Below, one piece after another: positions 30,810-46,680 of a stretch of 64,000 bases of DNA (position 1 is the first letter of the stretch; each line of letters begins with the position of its first letter). Made by a program: the position numbers and the translations under genes. Below the pieces are notes generated by a model, which was not told the DNA's origin, made no database searches, and was given only the letters and a program-made list of their open reading frames with translations. This DNA is from the human T2T-CHM13v2.0 reference genome, Homo sapiens: assembly GCF_009914755.1 (NCBI RefSeq), contig NC_060947.1; one strand, given 5' to 3'.

Positions 30810-30996
30810 TGATTCGCCTCTATCCTAGCTCTCCTCTTACTAGCTGTGTGATTTAGAGCAGGTTAGCTAGCCTCTCAGTTACTCAGTTTCTTCACCTGTA
30901 AAATGGGGCCATCATTCTTCTCAGTGTACTATATTGTGAAGATTAAATGAGATTATACATATCAAGATCTCAGAACAGTGCCAGGCACACGTAGTA
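30810..30996 (+). mobile_element. MIR SINE interrupted by Tigger4
   Basis: ctcagtttcttcacctgtaaaatgggg...agaacagtgccaggcacac. Confidence 0.85.
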
Positions 30997-31356
30997 GAGG
31001 TTGAGCATTCTTAATCTGAAAACCAAAAATCTGAAATGCTCCAAAGTCCAAAACTTTTTGAATGCCAACATGACACCACAAGTAGGAAATTCTACACCTG
31101 ACCCCATGTGATGGGTCGCAGTCAAAAGACCATCAAAACTTTGTTTTGTGAACAAAATTATTAATAATATTGTATAAAATTACCTTCAGGCTACACATGT
31201 AAGATGTATATGAAACATTAATAAATTTTGTGTTTAGACTTGGGCCCCAACCCCAAGATATGTCATCATGCATATGCATATATTCCAAAATAAAAAAAAA
31301 TCCAAAATCCAAAACACTTCTGGTCCCAGGATTTAGGATAAGGAATATGCAACTTG
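30997..31356. mobile_element. Tc1/mariner non-autonomous element, Tigger4b/MER46-like
   Basis: Terminal inverted repeats gaggttgagcattcttaatc / gataaggaatatgcaacttg, TA on both sides, about 360 bp. Confidence 0.85.
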
Positions 31357-31476
31357 TAACAGAATCAACAAATACAACAACTATAATTATTTCTCCCTGT
31401 CTCCTTAGCCTTTTGCAAAGGGTATGCATTGCTTTGTAAATTTTTTTAAGCGTTGTATTGTTTTAATTCAAAAAGT

Positions 31477-31778
31477 AGCTGGCACGGGGGCTCACGCCTT
31501 TAATCTCAGCACTTTGGGAAGCCGAAACGGGTGGATCACGAGGTTAGGAGTTCGAGACCAGCCTGACCAACATGGTGAAACCCCATCTTTACTAAAAATA
31601 CAAAAATTAGCCGGGCGTGGTGGCGCACGCCTGTAATCCCAGCTACTCAGGAGGCTGAGGCAGGAGAATTCCTTGAACCCGGGAGGCGGAGATTGCATTG
31701 AGCCAAGATGGCGCCACTGTACTACAGCCTGGGCAATAGAGTGAAACTCCGTCATAAAAAATAATAATAATAATAAAA
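31477..31778 (+). mobile_element. Alu (AluSg/Sc-like)
   Basis: gatcacgaggt diagnostic; dimer with (TAA)n tail. Confidence 0.95.
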
Positions 31779-31789
31779 CAAGTAATGTG

Positions 31790-32990
<1,201 letters not shown>

Positions 32991-32995
32991 ATTTA

Positions 32996-33471
<476 letters not shown>

Positions 33472-34689
33472 CTACATAGACACACACACACACACCAGCT
33501 GCATGTGTGAAGCAAACAGCCATCTTAGTACCTGGGGGGAAAAGCACAGGGTGAACCTGGGTGTGATGCCCAGGTCAAGAGGCCTGGGGCCCCCTAGTCA
33601 GTGCTGTGCCAGGAGGTTCCTGCAGGCTGGGTCAGTGCCCTCAAACCAGGTGTCAGCTGGAAAAGGGGGAATCTGACCATCTTTCTGGCCCAGGCTTCCA
33701 CCTCCTTGCGCAGCAGGCAGGAGTCAGTCAATCATGAACGTACCCCTGGCAACTCACACTGCCAGGCAGGGGGACCCCACAGCTAGACTTGGGCTTGGCA
33801 GGGGACCTGTCCACAGACCCAGCATTCCAGGCCACAGACTGAGAGGGAAGGTAAACCCAGACACCAGGAATGCAGTCTGCTCCTGCAAAATGCTGCTGCA
33901 GGCCGCCCAGATCCCCATCATAAAAGCTTAACATAATTATGCAGGAACAAGCGACTTCCGGTCTGAGTCAAGACGAAGGCATTCTAATAAGGCCAGGCCC
34001 CCCACTGGAAGACTAACTTGGCTTCCAGATCTTCCTCCCCCACCTAGCCCACCCAAAGCCTACAGGGGGCCCAGGACTGATCTCCAAAACAAAAGTCCCA
34101 CCCACAGCAGAGCTGAGGGGCTGTGGACAGCCTGAGCACCACCCAGACAGTGTGGCCCATTTATCACCCACCATTTATGGGGCTTGCCATGGGCCCTGAC
34201 CTTGTCTTCAAAAAGCCTCCAAGCCAGTGATCATATGCATGAATAGTTAGGGAAGGAAGGTGAAGGGCAGCCTAATGCAGCCTTGGGAGGGCCAGGAAAG
34301 TTCTAGAGTTTACTAGTGGGGGAGTAAGAAAGGTGTGCCTAGCAGGAGATACAATGGGTACAAAGCAATGGTGGATCAGGGAGGCCAAAGTGAATGAGCC
34401 CAGTGAAAAGGTGCAGAGGGGCTGGGGAGGGGAGCAGGCACAGTGCAGGCTGCCTGGGTCTGTTGGCATCACCAGCCTCAGAGGGAGGGACCAGAACTGA
34501 GACAGACACTGCCTCTCTTGTGATCATCTCCTTTTCAGCTCATCCTCCCCATTCCACCCCCAAAAAACCACTCCGTCCCCTGAGATAGGCCCGGTGTAGA
34601 GTGCCCTGCATAACAGGTCATAGCCTGTGGACAGTTCTTCCCCAAAACCTGCCTGAAGACTCTAAAGGTTTCTCCTCTGCATGCCAGTC

Positions 34690-35030
34690 CCCATGTTCTG
34701 CTCTGGTGACACCGCAGTGAACGGAACAGGCTTGGCCCCCACGCTGGTGGAGCTTACATTATGGCGTTGGAGACAGAAACTCAACAACTAAACATGCAAA
34801 AGCACCTACAATTAGAAGCTATGGAAAGTATGAAGGGGAATAGTCATGAAAACAATGGAGGAATAGAACGGGGACCTGCTTCAGATGGCAGGCTATAGCG
34901 ACATTTCAGCCAGGAGCTACAGCTAGCCAGGGGGAGAAAAGGGAGAATAGCAGATGCAGAGTGGCAGAGGAAGGGAAAAGTTTGGAGCTTTGAGGAGACC
35001 AAAAAGCCAGAGTAGCAGGGGCAAGAGAGC
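34690..35030 (-). mobile_element. L2 fragment
   Basis: gcagtgaacggaacagg...ggagcttacatt...gagacagaa. Confidence 0.55.
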
Positions 35031-35045
35031 AAGGAGGAAGGGACA

Positions 35046-35893
35046 TGTGGCAAGGGGTGTCTTCTAAAGCACGCTGTTCCACAATGTGACTTTGGCATTC
35101 TTCCTCCAATGAAGAGTTGGGGTCTATGTCCCCTTCCCTTGAATCCAGGTGGAAGAGACACCATGTGACTCTTTTTTTTTTTTTTTTTTTTTTGAGACAG
35201 AGTCTTGCTCTGTCACCCAGGCTGGAGTGCAGTGGCACAATCTTGGCTCACTGCAACTTCCGCATCCCAGGTTCAAGAGATTCTCCTGCCTCAGCCTCCC
35301 CGAGTAGCTGGGATTATAGGCATGTGCCACCATGCCTGGCTAATTTTTGTATTTTTAGTAGAGACGGGGTTTCAACATGTTGGCCAAGCTGGTCTCGAAC
35401 TCCTGACCTCAGGTGATCTGGCCACCTCAGCCTCTCAAAGTGCTGGGATTACAGGTGTGAGCCATTGTACCTGGCCGACTTTCAAAGCTAGGTCAGAAAG
35501 GAAAATCAGCTTGGACCTTTTTTGCTGGAACATAGGTGCTTGGGTCCCTGGGCCACCACTAAAGAAGTATAACTGCTCTGAAGCTGCCATGCTGTGAGGA
35601 AGCCCAACACACACGGAGAGGTCAGCGTAGGTGCTCTAATCAGCAGTCCTAGTCTTCAAGTCATCCCATGCCAGGTTCCTGCCGTGTGAGTGCACAAGCC
35701 TTTGGATGGCCCCAGCCCCCAGCCTTCGAGGCTTCCAGCTGAGGCCCTGGACATCAGGGAGCAGGGATAAGCTGTTCCCATGATGCCCTGTGCAAATCCC
35801 TGGCCCATAAAATCTGTGAGCATAAGAAAATGGTGGTGGTTTTATGCTGCTAAGTTTGGGGTGCTTTGCTCTACAGCAGCTGTAACTGGAAGA
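35046..35893 (+). mobile_element. MaLR LTR (MLT1F/G-like) split by an Alu
   Basis: tgtgactttggcattcttcc...ccttgaatcc; ttttatgctgctaagtttgggg. Confidence 0.8.
35172..35476 (-). mobile_element. Alu (AluSx-like)
   Basis: Poly-T plus full dimer. Confidence 0.97.
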
Positions 35894-35899
35894 AGGCTG

Positions 35900-36960
35900 A
35901 CGATGTAATTGAAGAGACAGGGAGGACTTAGAGCACCTAGATTTTATGGGCCACGTGGGCATACTGTGCACATGCACTCGGGAGTCACTGAAGGGCAGTG
36001 GGCAGGAGAGTGGATGATCAGATTTGCCTTTGCTTATCAGTTTTTTGAGGTCTCTCATGCTGCACTGTGGAGAATGGATTGGAGGAGTGAATGTGGGCGA
36101 CCCAGTGACTGGCTGATACAGTGGTCCTGGAGAGAGAGGCAGGCGACTGGATGAGGAAGGGACAATGGCCATGGTGATAAGTGGATGGACTTGAGAGACT
36201 TGCTGCAGGTAAGATGGTCAGGGATTAGAGCTGAGTTGAATGAGGTATCAAGGATGGCCCCCAGGTTTCTAGAAGGAGACACTGGAGGGCTGGAGAAGCC
36301 ATTGACTATGGTGGGAAACACTAGAGAAGTAGGTTAGGGCTGGGGGTGTGGAGATCAGGTGTTCCACTTTGGACACGTGGGGTTTGTGACACCAGTGAAA
36401 CCACCACATGGGATGTCAATAGGCAGATAGGCTGTGGTATTTGGAATTCTGGGAAGAGGTCTGGTCTCCAGTTATTAGTAAATGGGCAGCATTTTAAAAG
36501 CCATGACAAAGCCTGGGCAACATAGGGAGACTCCATCACTACAGAAAAATCAAAAAATTAGTTAGGTGTGGTGGCACATGCCTGTGGTCCCAGCTACTCA
36601 GGAGGCTGAGGGGGGAGGATCACAGGAGCTCAAGAGGTCGAGGCTGCAGTGAGCTGTGATTGCACCACTGTACTCCAGCCTGGGCAACAGAGCCAGGACC
36701 CTGCCTCAAAAATAAACAAATAAATAGTCATGAGGGGAAATGAGATCACAGGGAGAGAGAGGCCAAGATAGGAACACAAGGGCCCAAAGACTGAGACCTA
36801 CAATGGACCAACTCATAGTGGTCAGCCAAGGAGGAAGTCAAGGAAGAGAGACAAAGAGGGAGCCTCCAAGGCCCCTGAGGGAAACCCAGACACAGTGGTG
36901 TCCTGGAAGCCAAGCCAAGAGACAGTTTCAAAATGAAAAGAGTCGTCATAGGCACTCTAC
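35900..36960 (-). mobile_element. L2 LINE fragment
   Basis: ctgtggagaatggattgg...tcaaggatggccccca...gttccactttggacacgtg...aggcagataggc. Confidence 0.75.
36511..36726 (+). mobile_element. 5'-truncated Alu (AluJ-like)
   Basis: Starts late in the left arm; gaggtcgaggctgcagtgagctgtgat. Confidence 0.9.
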
Positions 36961-36986
36961 TGACATTCCGTACATGGGACCTTTCA

Positions 36987-37309
<323 letters not shown>

Positions 37310-37397
37310 CTATCCGTCAGTTCACTGATTATGAAGTCATCCTTGCCGTGGGGTTATTCTGGGTCACAGAAGGAGCTGCTCTGGATTCAAAGTCAAC

Positions 37398-37756
<359 letters not shown>

Positions 37757-37844
37757 CTAGGAGCCCAACTTCAAGAAGCTTGTGGTCTAACTGAATAAAC
37801 AAGGCCATGCAGTAAATGACAATAGCCACCTGGGTCAGGGATTG

Positions 37845-37975
37845 ATCTGTTCTGCCTTCTTCCTCAGTTGGATTACTCCCAAATTTTACCTGCGTATATA
37901 GCCACCTTGAACAAAGACTACATTTGCCAGGCTCCTTTGCAGTTAGGTATGGTCCAAATTCTGGTCACTGGGTTG
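37845..37975 (+). mobile_element. Old MaLR LTR fragment (MLT1J/L-like)
   Basis: aaagactacatttgccaggctcctttgcagttagg. Confidence 0.5.
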
Positions 37976-38019
37976 TAAAAGGAGTGTACTATCCCAGGAG
38001 TGTACTATCACTCCTGGGA

Positions 38020-38672
<653 letters not shown>

Positions 38673-38711
<39 letters not shown>
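38673..38711. repeat. (TTA)n microsatellite
   Basis: Direct reading. Confidence 0.95.
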
Positions 38712-38712
<1 letters not shown>

Positions 38713-39744
38713 TAACCCTGAAAGGAGGCAGCACCTCCTCCTTCCCTTTCCTCCTTCTCATGGCCTGGAGTGAAGTCATGATGGCTGGATCTGCAGCAGG
38801 CCTCTTGGTCCATGAAGTGATACTGGGAACCAAGGCTACACACGGCAGGCTGGGCTAGCCAGACAACTCTTGGAGAAGTGGAAAAGAGAAGAGGAGCTCC
38901 TAAGATCAGCAGGTCAAAAGCAGAGAGAGAACTAGATCACGCTCATCAACACAATCCCAGCTCAGAGTCTCAGCTGCTCAAAAAGGGAGGTAGCTTCCAC
39001 CCAAGAGTAATGGCAGAACAGAAAGGGAGAGCCACTCGGTTCAGTCTCTGGAGATTCTTAATTCAATGTCAGGAGGAGTGCAGGCTTGAGCAGGGAGTAG
39101 GGAGCCACTGAAGGTTTGTCAGCAGAGGAGTGACAGAACAAGAGCAGACCCTGGGATCCGGGCTGACGGCAGCGAGCTGGTGAATCAGAGGAAAGGAAAC
39201 CCTGCATGGGGCAGCTGTCAGGGGCCACCACAGGAATCCAGGAAGGAAAGGAAAGGCTTCTCTGTGGTGGAAGAGTCACCAGACCTCAGTGACTTTTCTC
39301 TTCTGCCACCATAGGCATGTTTGTAATCATAACTTATTATTTCCAAGCCCCACCCCATATCTGGGACTGCTCTAGGCTCCTCCTGCATCTTAAGAAGTCA
39401 GCAAAGCTTCCAACCCAAGGTGGCTGGCCCCGGCAGCTTGGAATAGACAAGGAATCCGATGCCATGGCTGCATCAACCTCCTGAGCCGGGGTTTGGCAGA
39501 ATTGGCAGATGGGCCTCCCGGTGTTGGGAGTGAAGGTGCCTGCCTCCTGGGTTATGGATAGGGGCAAAACTGGATCTGCATGTCACTGGCTTTGTATCCC
39601 CTGCAGGGCCTTAATTTTCAGCCCATTGATGGTGAGGAACGGAATGAAACAAAATCTCAACAAAAAACTGGAGGAAGACTATTGTGACACACAGCACAAC
39701 TCACACTCACAGAGATGACGTGGGGTGAAAGGAGCTAGACCCAA

Positions 39745-40040
39745 GGACAGGGGCAGTGGCTCACGCCTGTAATCCCAGCACTTTAGAGAGCCAAGATGGG
39801 AGGAGAGCTTGAGGCCAGGAGTTTCAGACCAGCCTGGACAATAAAGCAAGATCCTCTCTACAAAAAAATTTTCAAATTAGCTGGGCATGGTGGCATATGC
39901 CCATAGTTTCAGTTACACAGGAGGCAGAGGTGGGAGGATCACTTGAGCTCAGGAAGTAAAGGCTGTGGTGAGCCGTGATTGTACCACTGCACTCCAGCCT
40001 GGGTAACAGAGCAAGACCCTGTCTCTGAAAAAAAAAAAAA
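39745..40040 (+). mobile_element. Alu (AluJ-like)
   Basis: Diverged dimer with poly-A. Confidence 0.93.
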
Positions 40041-40620
<580 letters not shown>

Positions 40621-40656
40621 AAAAAATACAGAAAAAAGGCTCATTAGGGGTACCAC

Positions 40657-40752
40657 AAAAGGTTTATCAGGGGTACCACTGCCCCCTTCCCCTTACAGTG
40701 GCACACGCCCTTAGAGTGGGAAGGGGGCAGTGGTACCCCTGATAAACCTTTT
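40657..40752. repeat. Perfect 35-bp inverted repeat with 26-nt spacer
   Basis: 40657-40691 is the exact reverse complement of 40718-40752. Confidence 0.97.
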
Positions 40753-41603
40753 CTTTTTTCTCAAAGTCCTGTGCAGAAGCTACAGACACTCTGCCAAGCT
40801 CTGCCAGGCCCCTCTCCTGCAGTCCCTCTATTAGCGTAGCTCTCCTTGGGTGAAATGCAATTAGGAGAAAACAATGTCTGTGGCCCAGATGCCACTGCGG
40901 AAGTGACCAGGAAGAAGGGGAGGGGGATCAGGGAGGACCCACTGGGAGTCTCCGGGAGCTGCCGGGGAAGAGAGAAAGCAGACGCGAGGCTGAGCTGTGC
41001 CAGCCAACTATTCCCCCACCCACAGATGCAACTCTTTGCTGGGGCCCAGGGAGAACCGTCACTGAGCCTAGGAGCTCAAGGCCTTGCAGGGGGAGACGAA
41101 GTGGAAGCCACACTGTCACAGGCTCTCCAGCCTCTCTGCTGAGGTGGCGACACAGGAAGTGTTTAAACATAACTAAACGGGAGTAGCGAAAGGAAGGAGC
41201 AGTAACAAAGGCAGAGGGAAAGGCAAACAAGACCAACGGCTGGAAACCAGGCATGTCTCCGGCTGTAATCTGAAGTGCTCCTGTCTCCTGTCTGTACAAA
41301 GATGCTTCTGGAGCCTGGGCGCATGGGAGGATGCAGGTACCCCACCAAGCACCAAACTGAAGCAACCCCAAATTGCCCAAATGCTCCAACCCCATTTGTC
41401 CCACCAACATCCACTGCAAAAATGGCTGCTGCATTTTCGTGGAGCCTCAGACCCCTGATATTCCTGCTTGTCTTAAACCCATGTCCAATATGGGAGATAT
41501 TGAACTCACTAAATTGCTGAGGCCGAATCGTGCCATTTCAGTCTTTCCAATTAATATAGATATCTCCAGATCAGTCAGCTCCAGAAAAATCAAAATTCGA
41601 TAT

Positions 41604-41990
41604 TGACATCCTAGAAGGGCTCCCTCCAAAGCAGACCCTGATATAAGGATTTGAGTACAGGCTGACTCAGTCCTTCTGGGGACTTTCAGAGAGACTGTGT
41701 AGAGCATGCCACTAGATTGTCCCCGGAGGCAATGGAGCCAGGGTAGGTATCCATTCACCTCCATTCTTCATTAGAAGAGGGTCGTTCCTGAGACATTAAT
41801 TCCCTGGCATTTTAGAATTGCCTAGCTCAGCCCACCCCAGCCCCACCATATGCAGGCTAAGCATGGTCCCGGAGCCAGAGAACGCCTCAGGCAGAGCAAT
41901 GCAGGAAGCCACTGGCCTGTAAGCGAACAGCCTGCCATGACCCCCAGCATGGGCCAGCAGGGCACCATCAGTTCCTGCCACGCTTGGTCA
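41604..41990 (-). mobile_element. ERVL LTR (LTR16/LTR33-like)
   Basis: aaagcagaccctgatataaggatttgagtacagg; right boundary uncertain. Confidence 0.55.
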
Positions 41991-42049
41991 CCATATACAG
42001 GAGCTACGCTCTGCTGCTCCAAGATGCTAAAGGCAACTCCCAAGTTTGC

Positions 42050-42570
42050 CCACTGTATTGCAAGAAACACAAAGCCAAGTCAAATTAGCTGAGACCAAAG
42101 CGGGAAAAAAAGGACAAAAAGAAGTGGGATAGGATTTTACTGACTCTTGTAACCAAGGAGTCAAGGGAGAGGAATGGCTTCAGGTATAGCTGGATTCAGA
42201 GGCTCAAGTGGATCCAGAGCTCTGCCTTCCTCCATGGCTTGGCTCTATCTGACTCTGTAGACAGGCAGACCTGCCAACCCAGGTAGCACCAGATTCACAT
42301 CCTCCCAGCTTAGCAGTCCCAGCACAAAAAAAGAGCCTCCCTCCCTATTGACTGTGGCAGAGATACTCTGAGGAAGATTTTGACTGGCCTGTCTAGAATC
42401 ACATGCTCATCCCTTAACCAATCACTGCTATCAGGGAAATAGGACAATTTGATTGGCCAGGCCAGAGACACATGCTGCATTCCTGTGGCTACAGGAGGAT
42501 GAGGCACTATGACACCCCCTCTGGCTACAAGGAATGGGAAAGAGGTCCTTTCAAGAAGAAAAAGGGCCCC
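42050..42570 (-). mobile_element. Old MaLR LTR (MLT1K-like)
   Basis: ggcttcaggtatagctggattcagaggctcaa; catcccttaaccaatcactg. Confidence 0.65.
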
Positions 42571-42679
42571 ACAGATTAGTGACTTGCTAAAAGCCATGGG
42601 GTTATTCAGAAGCAAAACCCAAACCTTGACCTAGCTGCTTTATTCCCAGAGACAGCCTGTTATCAATCAAGAAACACAG

Positions 42680-42870
42680 GCTTGCTGCCTCAACAACCAG
42701 GCTGCAAATCTAGCTGGGTATTCTTGAGCAAAGGTCTTAACCTTTCCGAGCCTCAGTGTTCTCATCTATAAAATGGGACTATTAATACCTTCCCACAGGG
42801 TGGTTGAGATGCTTACATGACATAACCAGTAGAAAATGCTTGGTGTGTATGCCCACGGCATTGCTGCCGT
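42680..42870 (+). mobile_element. MIR SINE
   Basis: gagcctcagtgttctcatctataaaatggg. Confidence 0.8.
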
Positions 42871-42967
42871 ACTCCAAAACCACACATCTTCTCATCTTCT
42901 TTTTCAAGCTTCCAACATCATCATAAGCCAGGAATAAAGGAAAGACATCAGTGAAGTCCTTGAAACA

Positions 42968-43094
42968 TTTTTTTTTCTTTTTCTTTTTTTTTTTGGTACA
43001 GACAGGGTTTTGCCATATTAGCCAGACTAGTCTCAAACTCCTGGCCTCAAGTGATCCACCGTTCTCGGCCTCCCACAGTGCTGTGATTACAGGC
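42968..43094 (-). mobile_element. FLAM / Alu left monomer
   Basis: Poly-T then monomer; TSD ccttgaaac / cctggaaac. Confidence 0.9.
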
Positions 43095-43154
43095 ATGAGC
43101 CACCACACCTAGCCCTGGAAACTTTCAAATGACATCTTAAAGGACAAGGAGAAG

Positions 43155-43480
43155 GTTATCTATTACTTCATAATAAATTAGCTCAAATTTATGCAGCTTA
43201 AAATCACGCACGCTATTATCTCACAGATTCTGTGGGTCAGGAATCTGGGAGTAGCTAGGCTCAGTTGTTCTGACCTAAGATCTCTCATGAGGTTTCAGCC
43301 AAGGTGTGGGCTAGGGCTGCAGTCATCTGAAGGCTCAATTGGGGCTGCATAATCTGCTTCCAAGATGGCTCCCTCATGTGGCTGTTGTCAGGAGGCCTCA
43401 GTCTTCACCATGTGGGGTTCCCCATAGGCCGCTTGAGTACCCTCACCACATGGCCGCTGGCTTCCCTCCTGAGAGGAAGA
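43155..43480 (-). mobile_element. MaLR LTR fragment (MLT1E/F-like)
   Basis: tctcacagattctgtgggtcaggaatctggg...ggctgcagtcatctgaaggctc. Confidence 0.75.
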
Positions 43481-44239
43481 GTATCAAAAAACATATGGAT
43501 GTATCTTTCAAAGCACCACAGTGTCTAGTGCAGGGCAGAGTTGTCCACCAGCTGTTTCCCCCTTTCCTCACACCTGTCCAGCTGGGCTCCCCCACCCTTC
43601 TCTCCCCTTGCATGGGACATATTATCAAGGACAGCAAGTTTCAGAAGCAGAACGTGGCTTTTCTCAAAAGCAACCATATAGGTCATGCAGAAGAAATGGG
43701 CAGAGCAGAGTAGCCTTGGGATGTGGGCAGAGTTCAGGGATGAGGGAGCCTGAGCTGTTATTACTACTATGCCTCTAAGGGCCCAGGGCGTGTTGTGACA
43801 GCATTTTCTGCACTGCCCATCTGGGCATCCTCTGTACTCCCACAGTGGTGCCCTCACAGGAGTGAGGCTGTTACACAAGCCCAGTGGCTATGGTGGGCCC
43901 TGCCAGGGGCTGGGCTCAAACTGAACGGTTTCCATTGCCAAAGGAAGTTCCCACAGGGATGTCAGCTCAAAATGGGAGAGCACGGTTCTGGGGGTTCTCA
44001 AGGGTAGGCACCTGGGCAGAATACTGGGCCAGTAGGCCCACACCATTCTCTCTTCCTGCACTTCTGGAAAAGAGATGGCCATGAGAATGTCAGCCTCCAG
44101 TCAATCAGACTTGGCCAATTCCCACTTCGGCCACAGCATATGCCCATCTGAGCAAAAGCTGACAGATCAAGTATTTCCACATATCCTACAATTGAACCAA
44201 AATAATTACTAGCTCTCATGGAGCCTTTTCTAGGGGCCA

Positions 44240-44440
44240 GGGGCCAGACACTCCAGTGCATCTTCTTATTTTAATCCTCACAAACACTCTCTAAGAAAGG
44301 AGCTGGTACCAGCCCCATTTTACAGAGGAAGAAACTGAGGCTCACAAAGGTGGAGTAACTCACCCCAAGTCACACAGTTAGTAAGCAGCAGAGCCAGGCC
44401 TTCAACCCCAGCCGTGTTCCTTGCACTAAAGCACTTCTAT
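44240..44440 (-). mobile_element. MIR SINE
   Basis: ccccattttacagaggaagaaactgaggctca...gtcacacagttagtaag. Confidence 0.9.
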
Positions 44441-44468
44441 GTTATACTGCATTTAGCATATTATTTAG

Positions 44469-44793
<325 letters not shown>

Positions 44794-46544
44794 GGGGCAG
44801 GGTTTCTTAATCTTTGTCACCAAAAGGCGTTAACAGCCTTCTAAGGGTGTCAAGGTAGAGTCCAAAGTGGCACCTCAGCAGGCTGGGCACGTCTTGATGT
44901 ACCATGTTTGGCATCGCTGTTCATGTCCATCTACATTCTATTCCATCAGAGGGCCCTGTGCTTGTTTGAATAGAAGAGCGACATTGACAATCACTTCAAA
45001 TCCAATACAATTGATCCTCCAGGAAGCGCTGCCACCTTTACCCTGTAGTTTCAAGTGCCCTAACATCCCTGAAGAGACTGCAGAGTACAGGGACCCAGTC
45101 TAAAATCACAGAAGGCTGCCCCTACAGTCCTGTCCATTGCTGTTACGCTTCCTTCTCTGTTGTCACCCTTATCCCTGGGGGATTCCCAGCAGCTCTAAAC
45201 TGAGGCAAGAAAGAGGGAGTGAGGGTTGGGGTGGGAGAACCACTCCTCTCACCTTGCTGCTTCATTCACAGCTCCCTCCTCCTCTTCCACCACCCCCACC
45301 CCCACAACCCCACTGCAGCCCAGAACAGAACTTGGCACATTCTAAAACTGAGTGGTTGCAGCTGCCACAGACGCCTGAGAGGAAGGGGTTAAAAACATCT
45401 TTCATCTCTCAGCAGTGCCTTTATATAGTCCATGTGTGACTCTGAATGGTTATGGCTTTATATATAGTGTGCTCTGTGTGGAGACAGAAAACACTGTAGT
45501 TAAGGGAACAAAGGCGGTTCTAGTCTAATGACCTGCTCTTATTTGTGGGGACCTCATCTCTAAAGGGCGGCCTTCAGGTGACATCTGCCATGTTGAGTGT
45601 ATGCCTGAAGAATCACACCAATAAACACTGGAGATGCAAATACAAGAGAGGTAAGAACGTGCACAAATAAACTAAGGCCACTCATCCTGTTTATTGTTTC
45701 TAGAAAAAAGAAAGCACACGTTTCCCTTTGGATGTTTTCACACATAGCCAAACCTTAAAATGTCAACTTCTGCAAGGTATTTGACCTAAAAATAGTAAAA
45801 TTTCTGTGTCATTTAAAAAGCCATTTAAAATGACAGACTTAAGCCTGATTTTTCAAACATACATCTGGAATGACAAACCGAAGTTGCATTATTTAGGGGC
45901 AGAGTCTTTGAAAGCAGCTGCTAGGCCTTCATTTTACTAAAATCTGCCTGTTCCTGTGGTTTCTCGTAGGTGACATCTGCTTGGATTTTTTGGACGACAG
46001 GTCTCTTCTTTGTCCCTTGGTGATTAAGAGAAACAGGAAAGAAAGAAGGAATAGCTCGGGGGAGGTGGAAGGAGCTGGCAGTAACATGATGGGAAACCAC
46101 GCACCTTTGCATCTTAGATGATAGCCAGCCTCTGCTCCCTCTGGGGCACTAAAGGGCTCAGACCTACATTTACACACTGCTGCACTCAAAAGGAGCAAAG
46201 CCAGGAGTTCCAATCGAACCAACCTCGCTTGGCCAGAGAACGTCACATGCACCCTGGCAGGCAGGCAGGCAGGCCGCCAGAAGCTCGCGGTTTGTTTAGA
46301 CAGCACAGGTCACTCCTGTCCACACCCAAGGCTGACGCGGCTTTATAAACACTGAGCACAGAGTGCGGTCTGTGCAGCAGCCCCATCAGAGACCTGCACT
46401 GCACCGGGGCAGGGCACTGAGGACAGGTTCAGTTGTGAGTTCAGAGGGAGCCACATTTCTTCACCCACTGGAAGAACTCAGCTTAAAACAAAGTGTGCCA
46501 GGAAAGGGCCCATTGGGGTCCCCTTAGCAGCCCCCACAAAGCCC

Positions 46545-46680
46545 TGGGAGCGCTGGACTGGGAAGCACGAGATGAAGGTTCAAATCTTACCACAGCTCGT
46601 AACTGGTTGTGTGACGTGGAGCAGGTCACTTGGAGCACACCTTTCTGAGCCTTCCTTTTCCAAATACAGAGCTTAGACTA
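46545..46680 (+). mobile_element. MIR SINE fragment
   Basis: ggttcaaatctt...tgtgtgacgtggagcaggtcactt. Confidence 0.55.

Noticed and set aside
46355-46376. Short stem gcacaga...tctgtgc, and a similar one near 33555
   Set aside because: 7-bp stems are expected by chance in 64 kb
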